This document shows positions 19,208 through 29,253 of a stretch of DNA of 64,000 nt, piece by piece; position 1 is the stretch's first letter; each line of letters opens with the position of its first letter. A model generated the notes under the pieces. The model ran no database searches. It was not told the DNA's origin and was given only the letters and a program-made list of their open reading frames with translations. Both the position numbers and the translations under genes were made by a program. The DNA is from an uncultured virus (IMG/VR IMGVR_UViG_3300011815_000001). Lineage: Duplodnaviria; Heunggongvirae; Uroviricota; Caudoviricetes. Location: the IMG/VR virus record IMGVR_UViG_3300011815_000001, one strand, 5' to 3'.

Positions 19208-22200
19208 ATGGCATTCGAATGGTTAAATGAAAACAGCAGAAAATTTTTAGAGGGTGGGTATTTACAAGAAGGAGTTACACCTGAACAACGATTAAAAGAT
19301 ATTTCTAATTACGCAGAGAAAATTTTAGGTATTGAAGGATTCTCTGATAAATTTTATGGCTACTTATCTAAAGGATATTACTCCTTGTCATCTCCAGTTT
19401 GGTCTAACTTTGGTACAAGTAAAGGGCTTAGTATTTCGTGTGTAACTGGTGATACTTGGATTAACACATCCGATGGCGGTAAAATGGCGAAAGATATTGA
19501 ATTAGGAGATTTAGTATTAACTCATAAAAATCGTTTCCGTAAAGTAGTGAATGTTATTCCTACAAAAGATAGAAACGATATTTGGAAACTTAAAGTTGGT
19601 ACTCGTATGACCAATTTATACATTACAGGAGATCATGTGGTATTAACTAACACTGGTTGGAAACGTGTAGATGAATTAGATAGCAATAAAGATTTGATTG
19701 CTGTAAATGGTGAATTAGAATACGAACATAAAGATTTTACATTTGACATGAAAAAATATACTAACTATGAATTTGTGTTAGAGGACGGATTAATTAAAAA
19801 AGCAGTAGAAAATAAAGATGAAGTTAGATCGTTAAGAAACAATAAGGAAGAATCACATGTTACTTCTTATGCTAAAGTGAGTGAATATGTAGAAGTAGAT
19901 GAGGATATGGCTTGGGCTTTAGGTTTATGGTTTGCTGATGGATCATTATCAGTAAATAAAAATGGAGAAGCGAACGGAATTAGACTTACTGGTAATATGA
20001 AAGATAAAGATGGTATCGTTAAAAAATGGAAAGAAATAGTAGGTAGTAAATTTAATGTTAATGTAGGTGAATACATTTCAGAGTTAGAGCGTAACGGGAA
20101 AACAAATTCATGGGTAACCGTAGATGCTAACAGTAAAGTCCTAGGTAATTTATTCGAATCATTCGGAAAAGGTGCTAAAAATAAATTATTATCAGATGAA
20201 TTATTAAATTTACCAAAAGAAAAGTTATTAAAATTACTAGAAGGTATGTTGAGTGGTGACGGTTCAAATAGAAACGATGGAAATATGGTAAAGTTGACAC
20301 TATCTAATCCTAAATTAATTTTACAAGTTTATAATATTGGTCTTAAATTAGGAAAATCAATGTCATTACAAATGCAAGAAAAAGCTAATGCATTGTCAAC
20401 AACTAGTCATGTTTATACTTTATTATTTAGAGATTATGTAAATTCTATTTCTAAAAATAATGTACGCTCAGGAATTCCTTTCTCTGATGGATTAATTTAT
20501 GCTCCTATTCATACGTTAGAACGTACTGATAAAGTTGAAGATGTGTACGACTTCACCGTAGAAGAAGACCACAGCTTCTCATGTGCAGGAGTAGTAGTAC
20601 ATAACTGTTTTGGAAGTAATATTGATGATACTATGTCAAACATTATGTACACTCATGGTGAAGTAGGGATGATGAGTAAGTTTGGAGGAGGAACTTCGGG
20701 TTACTTTGGACATCTTCGCCATCGTGGAGCACCTATTAAGGGGAATGGCAATTCTTCTGGAGCAGTTCATTTTATGAATTTATTTGAAACTTTAATTGAT
20801 GTGGCTAGTCAAGGAAATGTTCGTAGAGGAGCTTTCTCACCATATCTTCCTATTGAACATCCTGATGCTGAGGAATTCTTAAAAATTGGTTCTGAAGGTA
20901 ATCCGATTCAAAAACTAACTCATGGAATTACAGTTACTGATGAGTGGATGAAAGCAATGGTTGATGGTGACATGGAAAAACGTTCACTATGGGCTAAAGT
21001 TATTCAAAGTCGTGTGGAAAAAGGATACCCATACATTTTCTTTACATCTACAGTGAATAACAACACAGTAGACGTATACAAAGATAAAGGTTTAAAAATC
21101 AATCACTCGAACTTGTGTAAATAATTGCACCTTTTATGGGCGACCATAATCGAAAACCCATCTAAACGGGGAACATCTCAAGCAGACAATCCCGTGCTAA
21201 ATTCTAATTATTAATTAGATAAATGCCTAACGACTATGCTGAAAAGCAGTAGAGCATAAGTTTATGATGCTCGAAACGGTGGGGTGGTCACGTACCACAT
21301 GATATAGTCTACTCTATATGGCGACATATAGCTGTCTTAATTGACGGGCGAGAAATTACGAATCTCGTTGAATATATAGGAGTGAAATTATGTTACCTAA
21401 TAACGAATCTGAATCATTCGTATGCTGTTTATCTTCAATGAACTTATTACATTTTGATGAGTGGAAAGACACTGACGCAGTAGAAACAATGGTTTATTTC
21501 TTAGATGCAGTAATTTCTGAATTTGTTAGCGATTTAGAGGCTATGCGAGATTCAAATGATAAAGAAAAACGTGATGCTTTCGTTTACATGGAACGTGCTT
21601 ATAACTTTGCTAAAAATCACAGAGCGTTAGGAATAGGAACGCTCGGTTACCATTCATACTTACAATCTAAGATGATTCCATTTGAAAGTGTAGAAGCTTC
21701 AACTTTAAATATTCGAGTACATAAACTTCTACAAAAGAAAGCTTTAAAAGCATCTAAAGAATTAGCTGAGTTATTCGGAGAGCCTGAAATTTTGAAAGGT
21801 TATGGACGACGTAATAGTACTACCATCGCCATCGCACCAACAACTTCTTCGGCATTTATTTTAGGTCAAGTCTCGCAGTCGATAGAGCCGCAGTGGTCTA
21901 ATACATACGTAAAAGATGTAGCGAAAGCGAAAGTAACTATTCGTAATCCATACTTAAAGAAAGTTTTAGAATCTTATGGTAAGGATGATAGAGATACATG
22001 GAATAGTATTCGTGATAATGATGGTTCTGTTCAACATTTAACATTCCTAACTAACCATGAAAAAGAAGTATTTAAAACGTTTAGTGAAATTGACCAATAT
22101 GTAGTTTTAGAGCAAGCCGCATTACGTCAGCAATTTATTGACCAAAGTCAATCATTGAATATCATGGTTAATCCAAAAATGTCAGCTAAGGAAATCAACG

Positions 22201-22313
22201 ACTTACATATTTTTGCATGGAAGAACAAGATCAAGACACTTTACTATCAACACAGCACAAATGCGGCACAACAATTTAGTAAAGATAAGCTATGTACTGT
22301 TTGTGAAGCATAA
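19208..22313 (+). CDS. nrdA: Ribonucleotide reductase alpha subunit; exons 19208-21118 and 21381-22313; contains an intein; mature protein about 558 aa
   Basis: SSPVWSN, GGGT, RRGA, spliced SNLCSEI, CCLSS, APTTSS, KTLYY and C-terminal CTVC; no ATP cone. Confidence 0.92.
19439..20605 (+). mobile_element. Intein (389 aa) with LAGLIDADG homing endonuclease
   Basis: Starts CVTGDT and ends VYDFTVEEDHSF...VVHN followed by Cys; block B TGDH; LGLWFADG and LEGMLSGDG motifs. Confidence 0.93.
21119..21380 (+). ncRNA. Group I intron in nrdA, 262 nt, ORF-less
   Basis: 5' exon ends in U with P1 GUGU/GCAC; core elements TAACGACTA and GATATAGTCT; terminal G; removal restores NLC-SEI in frame. Confidence 0.92.
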
Positions 22314-22368
22314 TTAAATAAATTTAGACACTAAAAATACATATTGAATAAAAGGAGATTATTACATA

Positions 22369-22866
22369 ATGAACAATGAGACATTATTTTTTGCAAAGGT
22401 TAAAGAGGAAGCTATTATTCCAACTAAACGTCAAGAGGATGGGTGCTACGATATTTATGTACTATTTAATGAAGATGAAGTCACAATTAAACCTCATGAA
22501 ATCGTAGGATTTAGCACAGGTATTGCAACAGCAGTAAGTCACAAGTATCGTTTAGACTTTCAACGTGAGCGAGGATCGACAGGTTCAATTGGATTAGCTC
22601 CTCGCTGTGGTCAAGTGGATAGTGGTTATCGTGGAGAGGTATTTTTAAAACTTCAAAATACTACGGACAAGGATATTGTTATTTCTAAATTAGTTACTGA
22701 TAAAACTGAAAGTGAAGATAAAGTTTTCTATCCATATTCTAAGGCAGTTTGCCAAATGGCTGTAGAAGTGGTTCCCCAAATGAATGAAAAGGTGATTACA
22801 TACGAAGAGTTAGTTAAGATTCCTTCTGAGCGAGGAACTGGTGCATTAGGGAGTAGTGGTAAATAA
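22369..22866 (+). CDS. dut: dUTPase (trimeric)
   Basis: GCYD, ERGS, GQVDSGYRGE and RGTGALGSSG motifs. Confidence 0.9.
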   Translation: MNNETLFFAKVKEEAIIPTKRQEDGCYDIYVLFNEDEVTIKPHEIVGFSTGIATAVSHKYRLDFQRERGSTGSIGLAPRCGQVDSGYRGEVFLKLQNTTDKDIVISKLVTDKTESEDKVFYPYSKAVCQMAVEVVPQMNEKVITYEELVKIPSERGTGALGSSGK

Positions 22867-23047
22867 TATAGAAATATATTAGTCTGACGCATTTTCCACA
22901 TTAAAAGAGAAAATTGCAGAAGAAATCGCATCTCAGATTAAAATGGCGTAAAATAGTCAAATTTAACCGAAAATCATAAAATGGAAGAAATTAGGGCGCT
23001 AGAAACGTTGATGTACCAATGGGGTCTTTAGTGTACTAAAGTGAAAA

Positions 23048-23075
23048 TTCCGATAAAATCACAGTTTGATTGGGA
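23048..23075. repeat. 11-6-11 imperfect palindrome, copy 2
   Basis: TTCCGATAAAA-TCACAG-TTTGATTGGGA. Confidence 0.7.
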
Positions 23076-23151
23076 TTGAATTAATATTGCATAACTACTG
23101 AGGAGGATGGATTTATTCCTTCTTCCTCTTTTATATAGAAGGAGAGATAAC

Positions 23152-24114
23152 TTGAACAAAATTGATGAACTATATAACAACTTAGTACATGACATCTTAG
23201 AAAATGGAACAATGGATAATCCTGAAACGGTAAGGACTAAATATGAAGATGGAGAACCTGCTCCTGCAAAATCGCTGTTTGCACGTCAAATCAGATTTGA
23301 TAATAGTAAGGTTAACCCATTATTGACGACAAAATTAACTCCTCGTAAAGACCCGATTATTGAACTATTTTGGATTTGGCAAAAGATGAGTAACGATGTC
23401 AAATTACTAAATGAAATGGGCTGTACAGTTTGGGATGAGTGGCAAGATGAGCATGGGGAAATTGGGAGAGCTTACGGTTGGCAACTAAAGAATAAAAAGC
23501 AACCAGTTATAGTTGATGAACTATTCATTGACATGTATTTTAATGGGGAATTTAGTTTCAAACTTTATGAGCAGGACAAAACCGATGGGATTGAAGTAGT
23601 AAAGAAGCGAATCTTAGAATTAAAAGAAGATTACATATATGAGTTAAATCAAGTTGATTATTTACTCTACGCATTAAAGAAAAATCCAACTTCACGCCGA
23701 ATTAAAACTACGTTATGGTGTGTTGAAGATTTACATAAGATGGAATTGCCTCCGTGTGTTTATGAAACCCACTGGGTAGTTTTAGACGGTAAATTGAATC
23801 TGAAAGTTACAGCTCGTAGTTCAGATGTTGCACTCGGATTACCTTATAACGTCTATCAGTATTCAATGTTACATCGTATGATTGCTCAAGTTACAGGACA
23901 TCAAGTGGGTGAAATATGTTTTGACTTAGATATTCCTCATTTATATGATCGTCATTTAGAAACTATTCAAGAACAAATCAAAGGTGAAACACATGAACAA
24001 CCTGATATTTGGATTAATCCTGAAATTAAAAGTTTTTATGATTTCACTATTGCGGACATCAAAGTAACTAATTATAAACATAGCGGGAAATTCACATACG
24101 AAATAGCAATTTAA
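23152..24114 (+). CDS. thyA: Thymidylate synthase
   Basis: PLLTTK, GRAYG, SRR, LPPC, RSSDVALGLPYN, HLY; TTG start after RBS AAGGAG. Confidence 0.93.
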   Translation: MNKIDELYNNLVHDILENGTMDNPETVRTKYEDGEPAPAKSLFARQIRFDNSKVNPLLTTKLTPRKDPIIELFWIWQKMSNDVKLLNEMGCTVWDEWQDEHGEIGRAYGWQLKNKKQPVIVDELFIDMYFNGEFSFKLYEQDKTDGIEVVKKRILELKEDYIYELNQVDYLLYALKKNPTSRRIKTTLWCVEDLHKMELPPCVYETHWVVLDGKLNLKVTARSSDVALGLPYNVYQYSMLHRMIAQVTGHQVGEICFDLDIPHLYDRHLETIQEQIKGETHEQPDIWINPEIKSFYDFTIADIKVTNYKHSGKFTYEIAI

Positions 24115-24160
24115 TTATACATAATATCTCAATGTAATTTGACGGAGGAACACATAGACT

Positions 24161-24688
24161 ATGGCAATATCACTTATAGTGGCAACAGGATTAAACGGAG
24201 AAATAGGTTTAAACAATAAACTATTATTCGAGTGTCCAACTGATTTACGACATTTTAAAAGTAAAACTGAAAATAACTGGTGTGTTATGGGATCAAAAAC
24301 TTTCAATTCACTCCCTAAGCCTTTTGGAAATGGAAGAACAAATGTAGTGGTCTCTCGAAATGAGGACTTCTATATTGACCCACATCTTAAAAATAAATAT
24401 GACATCTTATTGGTTAACAGCTTAGAGAAAGTTATCAACCATTACAATTCTGGTGTACAGGAGCGAGACCTTTTCATTTGCGGTGGAAGCGAAATTTACA
24501 AGCAAAGTTTGCCTCATGTAGATAAAGTTTATTTAACGCAGTTCCATCATGAAAAAGAGGCAGACACTTTCTTCTCACTTGATTACATAAAAAAACATTT
24601 TGAAATTACACATAAAGAAGAATATGAAGTAGACGGATTAAGATTTGATATTATTGAATACATAAGAAAGGAGAGTCAATATGACTGA
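24161..24688 (+). CDS. folA: Dihydrofolate reductase
   Basis: LIVA...IG, DLRHFK, MGSKTF, RTNVVVSR, ICGGSEIY, ADTFF. Confidence 0.92.
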   Translation: MAISLIVATGLNGEIGLNNKLLFECPTDLRHFKSKTENNWCVMGSKTFNSLPKPFGNGRTNVVVSRNEDFYIDPHLKNKYDILLVNSLEKVINHYNSGVQERDLFICGGSEIYKQSLPHVDKVYLTQFHHEKEADTFFSLDYIKKHFEITHKEEYEVDGLRFDIIEYIRKESQYD

Positions 24689-24833
24689 ACAAGAATTTAT
24701 GGAACTGGTTTTAAAGAAACTGCCTCCTAATTCTAAAATGGTTAAAATTGAAAATGGGGGAAACCCTTATTTCAGAGTTGGTGAATTGAACATAGTTAAA
24801 GCGGCAAAGCTTTTTAAGGATTTAATAAAATAA
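24681..24833 (+). CDS. 50 aa protein, candidate recombination directionality factor (SprB-like position)
   Basis: Not in the ORF track. RBS AAAGGAG; MTEQEFMELVLKKLPPNSKMVKIENGGNPYFRVGELNIVKAAKLFKDLIK; last gene before the att-like site. Function is inferred from position only. Confidence 0.5.
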   Translation: MTEQEFMELVLKKLPPNSKMVKIENGGNPYFRVGELNIVKAAKLFKDLIK

Positions 24834-24846
24834 ATACATATAACTG

Positions 24847-24878
24847 GAAGATTGCTCATTAGGCGGTCTTCTTTTTTG
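24847..24878 (+). terminator. Rho-independent terminator
   Basis: GAAGATTGC...GCGGTCTTC followed by a T-run. Confidence 0.75.
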
Positions 24879-24933
24879 TTGATTTCTAGAATGACTAAAC
24901 CACTATATTATCAACCTTTATAGCTAATAATAT

Positions 24934-24985
24934 AACACGAAATACTTTACTTACGATGTATCAGGTGTAAAGTATCTTGCGTGTT
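24934..24985. other. Candidate attP of the serine integrase
   Basis: AACACG..ATACTTTAC-16 bp-GTAAAGTAT....CGTGTT imperfect inverted repeat of about 52 bp directly upstream of the integrase. Confidence 0.6.
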
Positions 24986-25005
24986 GAGCAATCCCTTGAT
25001 ATAAT
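24977..25005 (+). promoter_or_regulatory. sigmaA-like promoter of the integrase
   Basis: TTGCGT-17 bp-TATAAT with extended TG. Confidence 0.65.
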
Positions 25006-25038
25006 TGAATCTATAATGAAAACAGAAGGTGATATAAT

Positions 25039-26547
25039 ATGCAGAAACGTAAGATAGTTATCTATGTGCGTAAATCTAGGCTGAATGCTGATGATACAAT
25101 GGAAGTAGAAAGACAAGTGGAACTATTAATTGACTATGCTAATAACAATAACATGGAAATCAATGTGGATACAGATATATTTAAAGAAGAGGGTAGCTCA
25201 GAAAATTGGAATAGAAAAGAGTTCCAAAGAATGTTAACCGTCTTAGAAAGCGGAGTTTATGATGGAGTGTTAGTTACTGAGCAAGACAGGATCAGTCGTG
25301 ATTCAACGGACATGGGGTTGTTTAAAAGGTTCTGTGTAAACCATTCACTTTTATTATTTACATTAACTAAAACGTATAATTTTTTAAACGACGAAGACAA
25401 CTTCATGTCAGGGATTCAAGGTGAGATGGATTCACATTTTATGCGCATCACTAAGCGTAAACTTATGCGAGGTAGAATTAAGGCATTACAAGATGGGGTG
25501 TTTTTCGGAACTCCGCCTCTAGGATACATTAAACCAAACACACGTCCTAAACGATTGATTATTGAGCCTCATAATGCAAAAGCAGTAAAAATGATATTCG
25601 ATTTATATGTAAATAAAAAAATGACTCAATCAGAAATAGCAGATAAGTTAAACTTATTGGGATTTAAAACTTATTTTAACAAGCCTTTTACAGTTAGAGC
25701 TACATCACTGATATTATCTAATGAAGCGTATATTGGAACGTTAAGATATGAATTGAAGAATATAGAGCCAATTATTGTTGAAGATGCACACCCTAATATT
25801 ATTGACAAAGAATTGTTTGAAAAAGCACAAATCTTAATGGCAGAAAGACGTATCGTTCCTCAAGATTCTAGAAGAGGCTCGTACATGCTATCAAAACTAA
25901 TTAAATGTGCTAAATGTGGTACTACGTTATCCTTTTCTAATTCGTTTAAATCTTCAAGGAGAGATAGAGGTAAGGAATTATATATACTAAATTGCTACGC
26001 CTCTTTAAGTAAAATTAAAAAAATGAACTTAACTGAAAGATGCGATAACTATGGCTCTCTTGCAAGTTATGTTGAAGATTTTGTCCTTAAAGATTTAAGC
26101 TATTATGTTGACGACTTATCCGAGCGGATAGATCAATTGGAAAACTCTGATAAAGATATTTTCAGTGAAGTTCAAGAACAAATTGAACTGATTAATGAGA
26201 GGTTAACAAAGCTGGAAAAGGAAAGAAAAAGGGTTCAAGATGGTTACAGAGAAGGAATATATGAGTCAGACGAAGCGCAAGAATTAATTAAAAAAATAAA
26301 AGAAGATAAATTAAAGCTGGAACATGAGAAGAAAAACCTTGAACACAAGGACTCATCCACTGAAATAATAAAGCTGAGTAACACTAGGGAGAAAGTTATT
26401 GAATTATTATCATCTGACGATTTGGACATGAAAACATTTAATTCAATTCTAAGAGAAATTATTGACAGAGTGGAATACTTCAAGGATGGCAGAGGTAGTA
26501 ATTTAAACAGAAAAGAGCCCTATGTCACAGTAGTTTATAAAAATTAA
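25039..26547 (+). CDS. Large serine recombinase (integrase, SprA-like)
   Basis: YVRKS catalytic Ser, DRISR, PLGY recombinase domain, LIKCAKCG Zn ribbon and coiled coil. Confidence 0.93.
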   Translation: MQKRKIVIYVRKSRLNADDTMEVERQVELLIDYANNNNMEINVDTDIFKEEGSSENWNRKEFQRMLTVLESGVYDGVLVTEQDRISRDSTDMGLFKRFCVNHSLLLFTLTKTYNFLNDEDNFMSGIQGEMDSHFMRITKRKLMRGRIKALQDGVFFGTPPLGYIKPNTRPKRLIIEPHNAKAVKMIFDLYVNKKMTQSEIADKLNLLGFKTYFNKPFTVRATSLILSNEAYIGTLRYELKNIEPIIVEDAHPNIIDKELFEKAQILMAERRIVPQDSRRGSYMLSKLIKCAKCGTTLSFSNSFKSSRRDRGKELYILNCYASLSKIKKMNLTERCDNYGSLASYVEDFVLKDLSYYVDDLSERIDQLENSDKDIFSEVQEQIELINERLTKLEKERKRVQDGYREGIYESDEAQELIKKIKEDKLKLEHEKKNLEHKDSSTEIIKLSNTREKVIELLSSDDLDMKTFNSILREIIDRVEYFKDGRGSNLNRKEPYVTVVYKN

Positions 26548-26616
26548 TTTACGATAACCTTTTAAATCTCCTCAAACTATGCGAAAATTGTATAGCAGAA
26601 AAGGAGATTTTTATTT

Positions 26617-27720
26617 ATGAATACAATTTTTAAGCCGCATGACGCTTGGTAACCTTACCATGACATCGAGAAATACGGCAGGCTTACCCTGTCTAATATA
26701 GAGTTTACAACAACCAACTTATGTAATATGAGATGTTCGCATTGTGCAGTGGGCTATACATTATTAACGAAAGAATTACCGGCAATTCCGGCAGATCAGA
26801 TCATTCGTAGGTTAGATGAGGTTGAAACTTTACGTACAATGAGTTTTACAGGCGGGGAACCATTATTAACTAAAAAGGGAATAAAGGATAACCTGTTACC
26901 ACTTTTGAAATATGCGAAAAGCAGAGGGATCAAAACGCAAATTAATTCGAACTTAACCTTGCCAATGTCTCATTACGAATTAGTGGCTCCTTATTTGGAT
27001 GTCATGCACATTTCGCACAATTGGTGTGATGAAAAAGAATTTGTTGAAACAGGATTTGCTATGATGGAGAAAACGCCATCAATTGAATATAGAGGTAATT
27101 TATATCGTAATATATTTGACAACGCCCGAGAATTATCAAAAGGTGGGGTTTTTGTGTCTGCTGAGACGATGTTGAATAAAAATACCTTGCCTCACCTAGA
27201 GAAAATTCATCGTGAAGTAGTGGAAGAAATGTTATGTCAAAGGCAAGAAATTCACCCTATGTACACATCAGACTACGCTGAAAATTTAGAGGTAATTGAT
27301 TTAGATGAATATCGAAATGCTGTGAATCATCTGCTAGACATTCGAAATAAAGATACATGGATGTTGTTCGGAACTTTACCTTTCTATTCATGTAGTTTTG
27401 ATGCAAGGGACTTAGCATTACTGGATAGAATTAATAATACATCAAACGTTACAGTTAGAAATGATGTCGATGGTCGCTCTCGTATGAATCTGAATATTTT
27501 TTCAGGGGAAGTGTCTGTTTCTGATTTTACTGATGATGGAAAAGCCTTGGGGAACATTAAGGATAGTTCCTTGACCGAAATTTATCAGAAGTGGTTGGGT
27601 ACTAACATTTCAAATACAATTAATTGTCACTGCCCTAAAGTTAAATGTTTAGGCTCTAATGTCATCGTAAAGAACATGTATTATCAAGATAAAGTATTTA
27701 AAAGTGGTAGTGTAAAATAA
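26617..27720 (+). pseudogene. yfkA: YfkAB radical SAM / CxCxxxxC protein with in-frame TAA at codon 12 (26650-26652)
   Basis: RBS AAGGAG; MNTIFKPHDAW*PYHDIEKYG...EFTTTNLCNMRCSHCAVGY, GGEP, LHISHNW-like, NDVDGRSR and NCHCPKVKCLG. Confidence 0.8.
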
Positions 27721-27731
27721 AAAATAATATA

Positions 27732-27778
27732 GGATTAGTTTTAAATTGTTTAAGTTAATTTAAAACTAATCCTTTTTT
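27732..27778 (+). terminator. Rho-independent terminator
   Basis: GGATTAGTTTTAAATT...AATTTAAAACTAATCC followed by a T-run. Confidence 0.75.
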
Positions 27779-27814
27779 CTATTTAAAACAATTTTAAAGA
27801 TTTTTAAATTATTT

Positions 27815-27845
27815 GGTATCTTTTCAGTGTACTAGCGCATACATT
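27815..27845 (+). promoter_or_regulatory. Sporulation sigmaE-like promoter upstream of the parM-like gene
   Basis: -10 CATACATT (consensus cATAcanT) with GGTATCT upstream; a paralogous element lies at about 29182-29211. Confidence 0.5.
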
Positions 27846-27873
27846 GTGACAAATAAGAAAAAACGGAGGGAAT

Positions 27874-28713
27874 TTGTTGAGTAATCCGATTACTGGAAAC
27901 ATTGTTGTAGATGACGGGGGTTCAAATACAGTGTGCGTCACTAAGCATAGAATTGAAATATTTCCAAGCGTAAAAGGTATCTATGGAAATCGTACCTTAA
28001 CTCAAATAAAATCTAAATATGACTTCATAGTTGAATATGAAGGAGAAATGTATGTTTTAGGTACTCTTGCGGCTGTAGACTGTGAATACCCCATCAGAAT
28101 GTTCAGTAAGTCCAAACAGCACGAGTTCTTTGACTTATCCGTATTGGTATCTATTCATCAGTACGGGTTCTACGATAATCGATTAATCATTAGTGTGCCC
28201 GTAAAAATGCATACAGAAGAGGAGAAGCAAGGAAGAATAAAACGACTTCTCGGAAATCACACCCTCAAAGTAAACGGCATAACTAAATCATTCTTAATTT
28301 CTGATGTTAAAGTGTCTGCTGAAAGTACAACTGCATATTTCATAAATCAACCCTCAGATGAATCCCATTACATTGACATCGGATCAAGAACGATAAATTT
28401 TTCCAAAATTCTAAGTACGAACAATGAATTTAGAATGATTGACACTGCCTCTGGTACGTTTTTTGATAAGGGGTTGGAGAGCTTAGGCGATGCCTTTAAC
28501 GCTAAAGCTTTAGGTGATTATATTTGTGGTCAATTATTGGCTAAATGGAGTCCTAATTCAAAAGTATATTTATTAGGTGGTGGAGCTTTGAATGAGGAAC
28601 TGGTGAACAGAATTAAATCATACTTCCCAAATTCAGAAGTAATGAAAAATCCTTTGACAGCAAATGCGGAAGGTATGTTTATATTGGCAGGTATGGCATA
28701 TGGCTTGGATTAA
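27874..28713 (+). CDS. ParM/StbA-family actin-like ATPase
   Basis: Phosphate 1 VVDDGGSNT, connect AES, phosphate 2 IDIGSRT, adenosine LGGGA and ANAEG. Confidence 0.85.
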   Translation: MLSNPITGNIVVDDGGSNTVCVTKHRIEIFPSVKGIYGNRTLTQIKSKYDFIVEYEGEMYVLGTLAAVDCEYPIRMFSKSKQHEFFDLSVLVSIHQYGFYDNRLIISVPVKMHTEEEKQGRIKRLLGNHTLKVNGITKSFLISDVKVSAESTTAYFINQPSDESHYIDIGSRTINFSKILSTNNEFRMIDTASGTFFDKGLESLGDAFNAKALGDYICGQLLAKWSPNSKVYLLGGGALNEELVNRIKSYFPNSEVMKNPLTANAEGMFILAGMAYGLD

Positions 28714-29062
28714 TTCAGAGGAAGAAGTAGATAAAATTATTGAAGATTTGAAGTCCAAGAACAAAAAGTACATCACCAAGGGAGTATCATTCGATAAAAA
28801 TAATGAAGCTCATATGAGGTTATTAAAGTATTGCTTAATGTACTCAGACTCATTTAGTGCTATTGTCAAGGAATTAATTGCATCAAGAGTAAATAGTCTA
28901 ACAGATTATGAGAAAGTGGACAGAGCACCGACTATTAGCCATAGAGTAACTCCACAAGCCACCATTGAAAGCGAATCTGCTGTTTTAGATTCAATTGAAG
29001 AAAGCAAAGATGACCACAAGGATACAAAGGAAAATAAGATTAACATAAGTAATTTTCTTTAA
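28700..29062 (+). CDS. ParR-like RHH adaptor protein
   Basis: Overlaps the parM end; KGVSF...LLKY...FSAIVKELI pattern with a low-complexity C-terminal tail. Confidence 0.6.
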   Translation: MAWINSEEEVDKIIEDLKSKNKKYITKGVSFDKNNEAHMRLLKYCLMYSDSFSAIVKELIASRVNSLTDYEKVDRAPTISHRVTPQATIESESAVLDSIEESKDDHKDTKENKINISNFL

Positions 29063-29074
29063 TTAAATTTTAAA

Positions 29075-29116
29075 GCCATTAAGTTCACCTCTAAATGAAG
29101 TGTCTTAATGGCTCTT
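29075..29116 (+). terminator. Stem-loop after parMR
   Basis: AGCCATTAAG...CTTAATGGCT. Confidence 0.6.
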
Positions 29117-29181
29117 TATCGTTATCTTGATTTCACGTAAGTTACTGTTTAAAACTTTTTAAAACAATTTAAAATAATTTG

Positions 29182-29211
29182 TAATCCTTTTCGACATTTG
29201 AGCATAAGATA
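29182..29211 (+). promoter_or_regulatory. Second sigmaE-like promoter
   Basis: GTAATCC-15 bp-CATAAGAT followed by GACAAATAA, as in the parM upstream element. Confidence 0.45.
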
Positions 29212-29253
29212 CGACAAATAACAAAAAGTTTAAAAGAATTTAAAACTAAACCA

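Noticed and set aside
2547..26652. TAA stop-codon reassignment
   Set aside because: The internal TAAs correspond to different expected residues (Leu and Glu), and TAA is the normal stop for most genes here.
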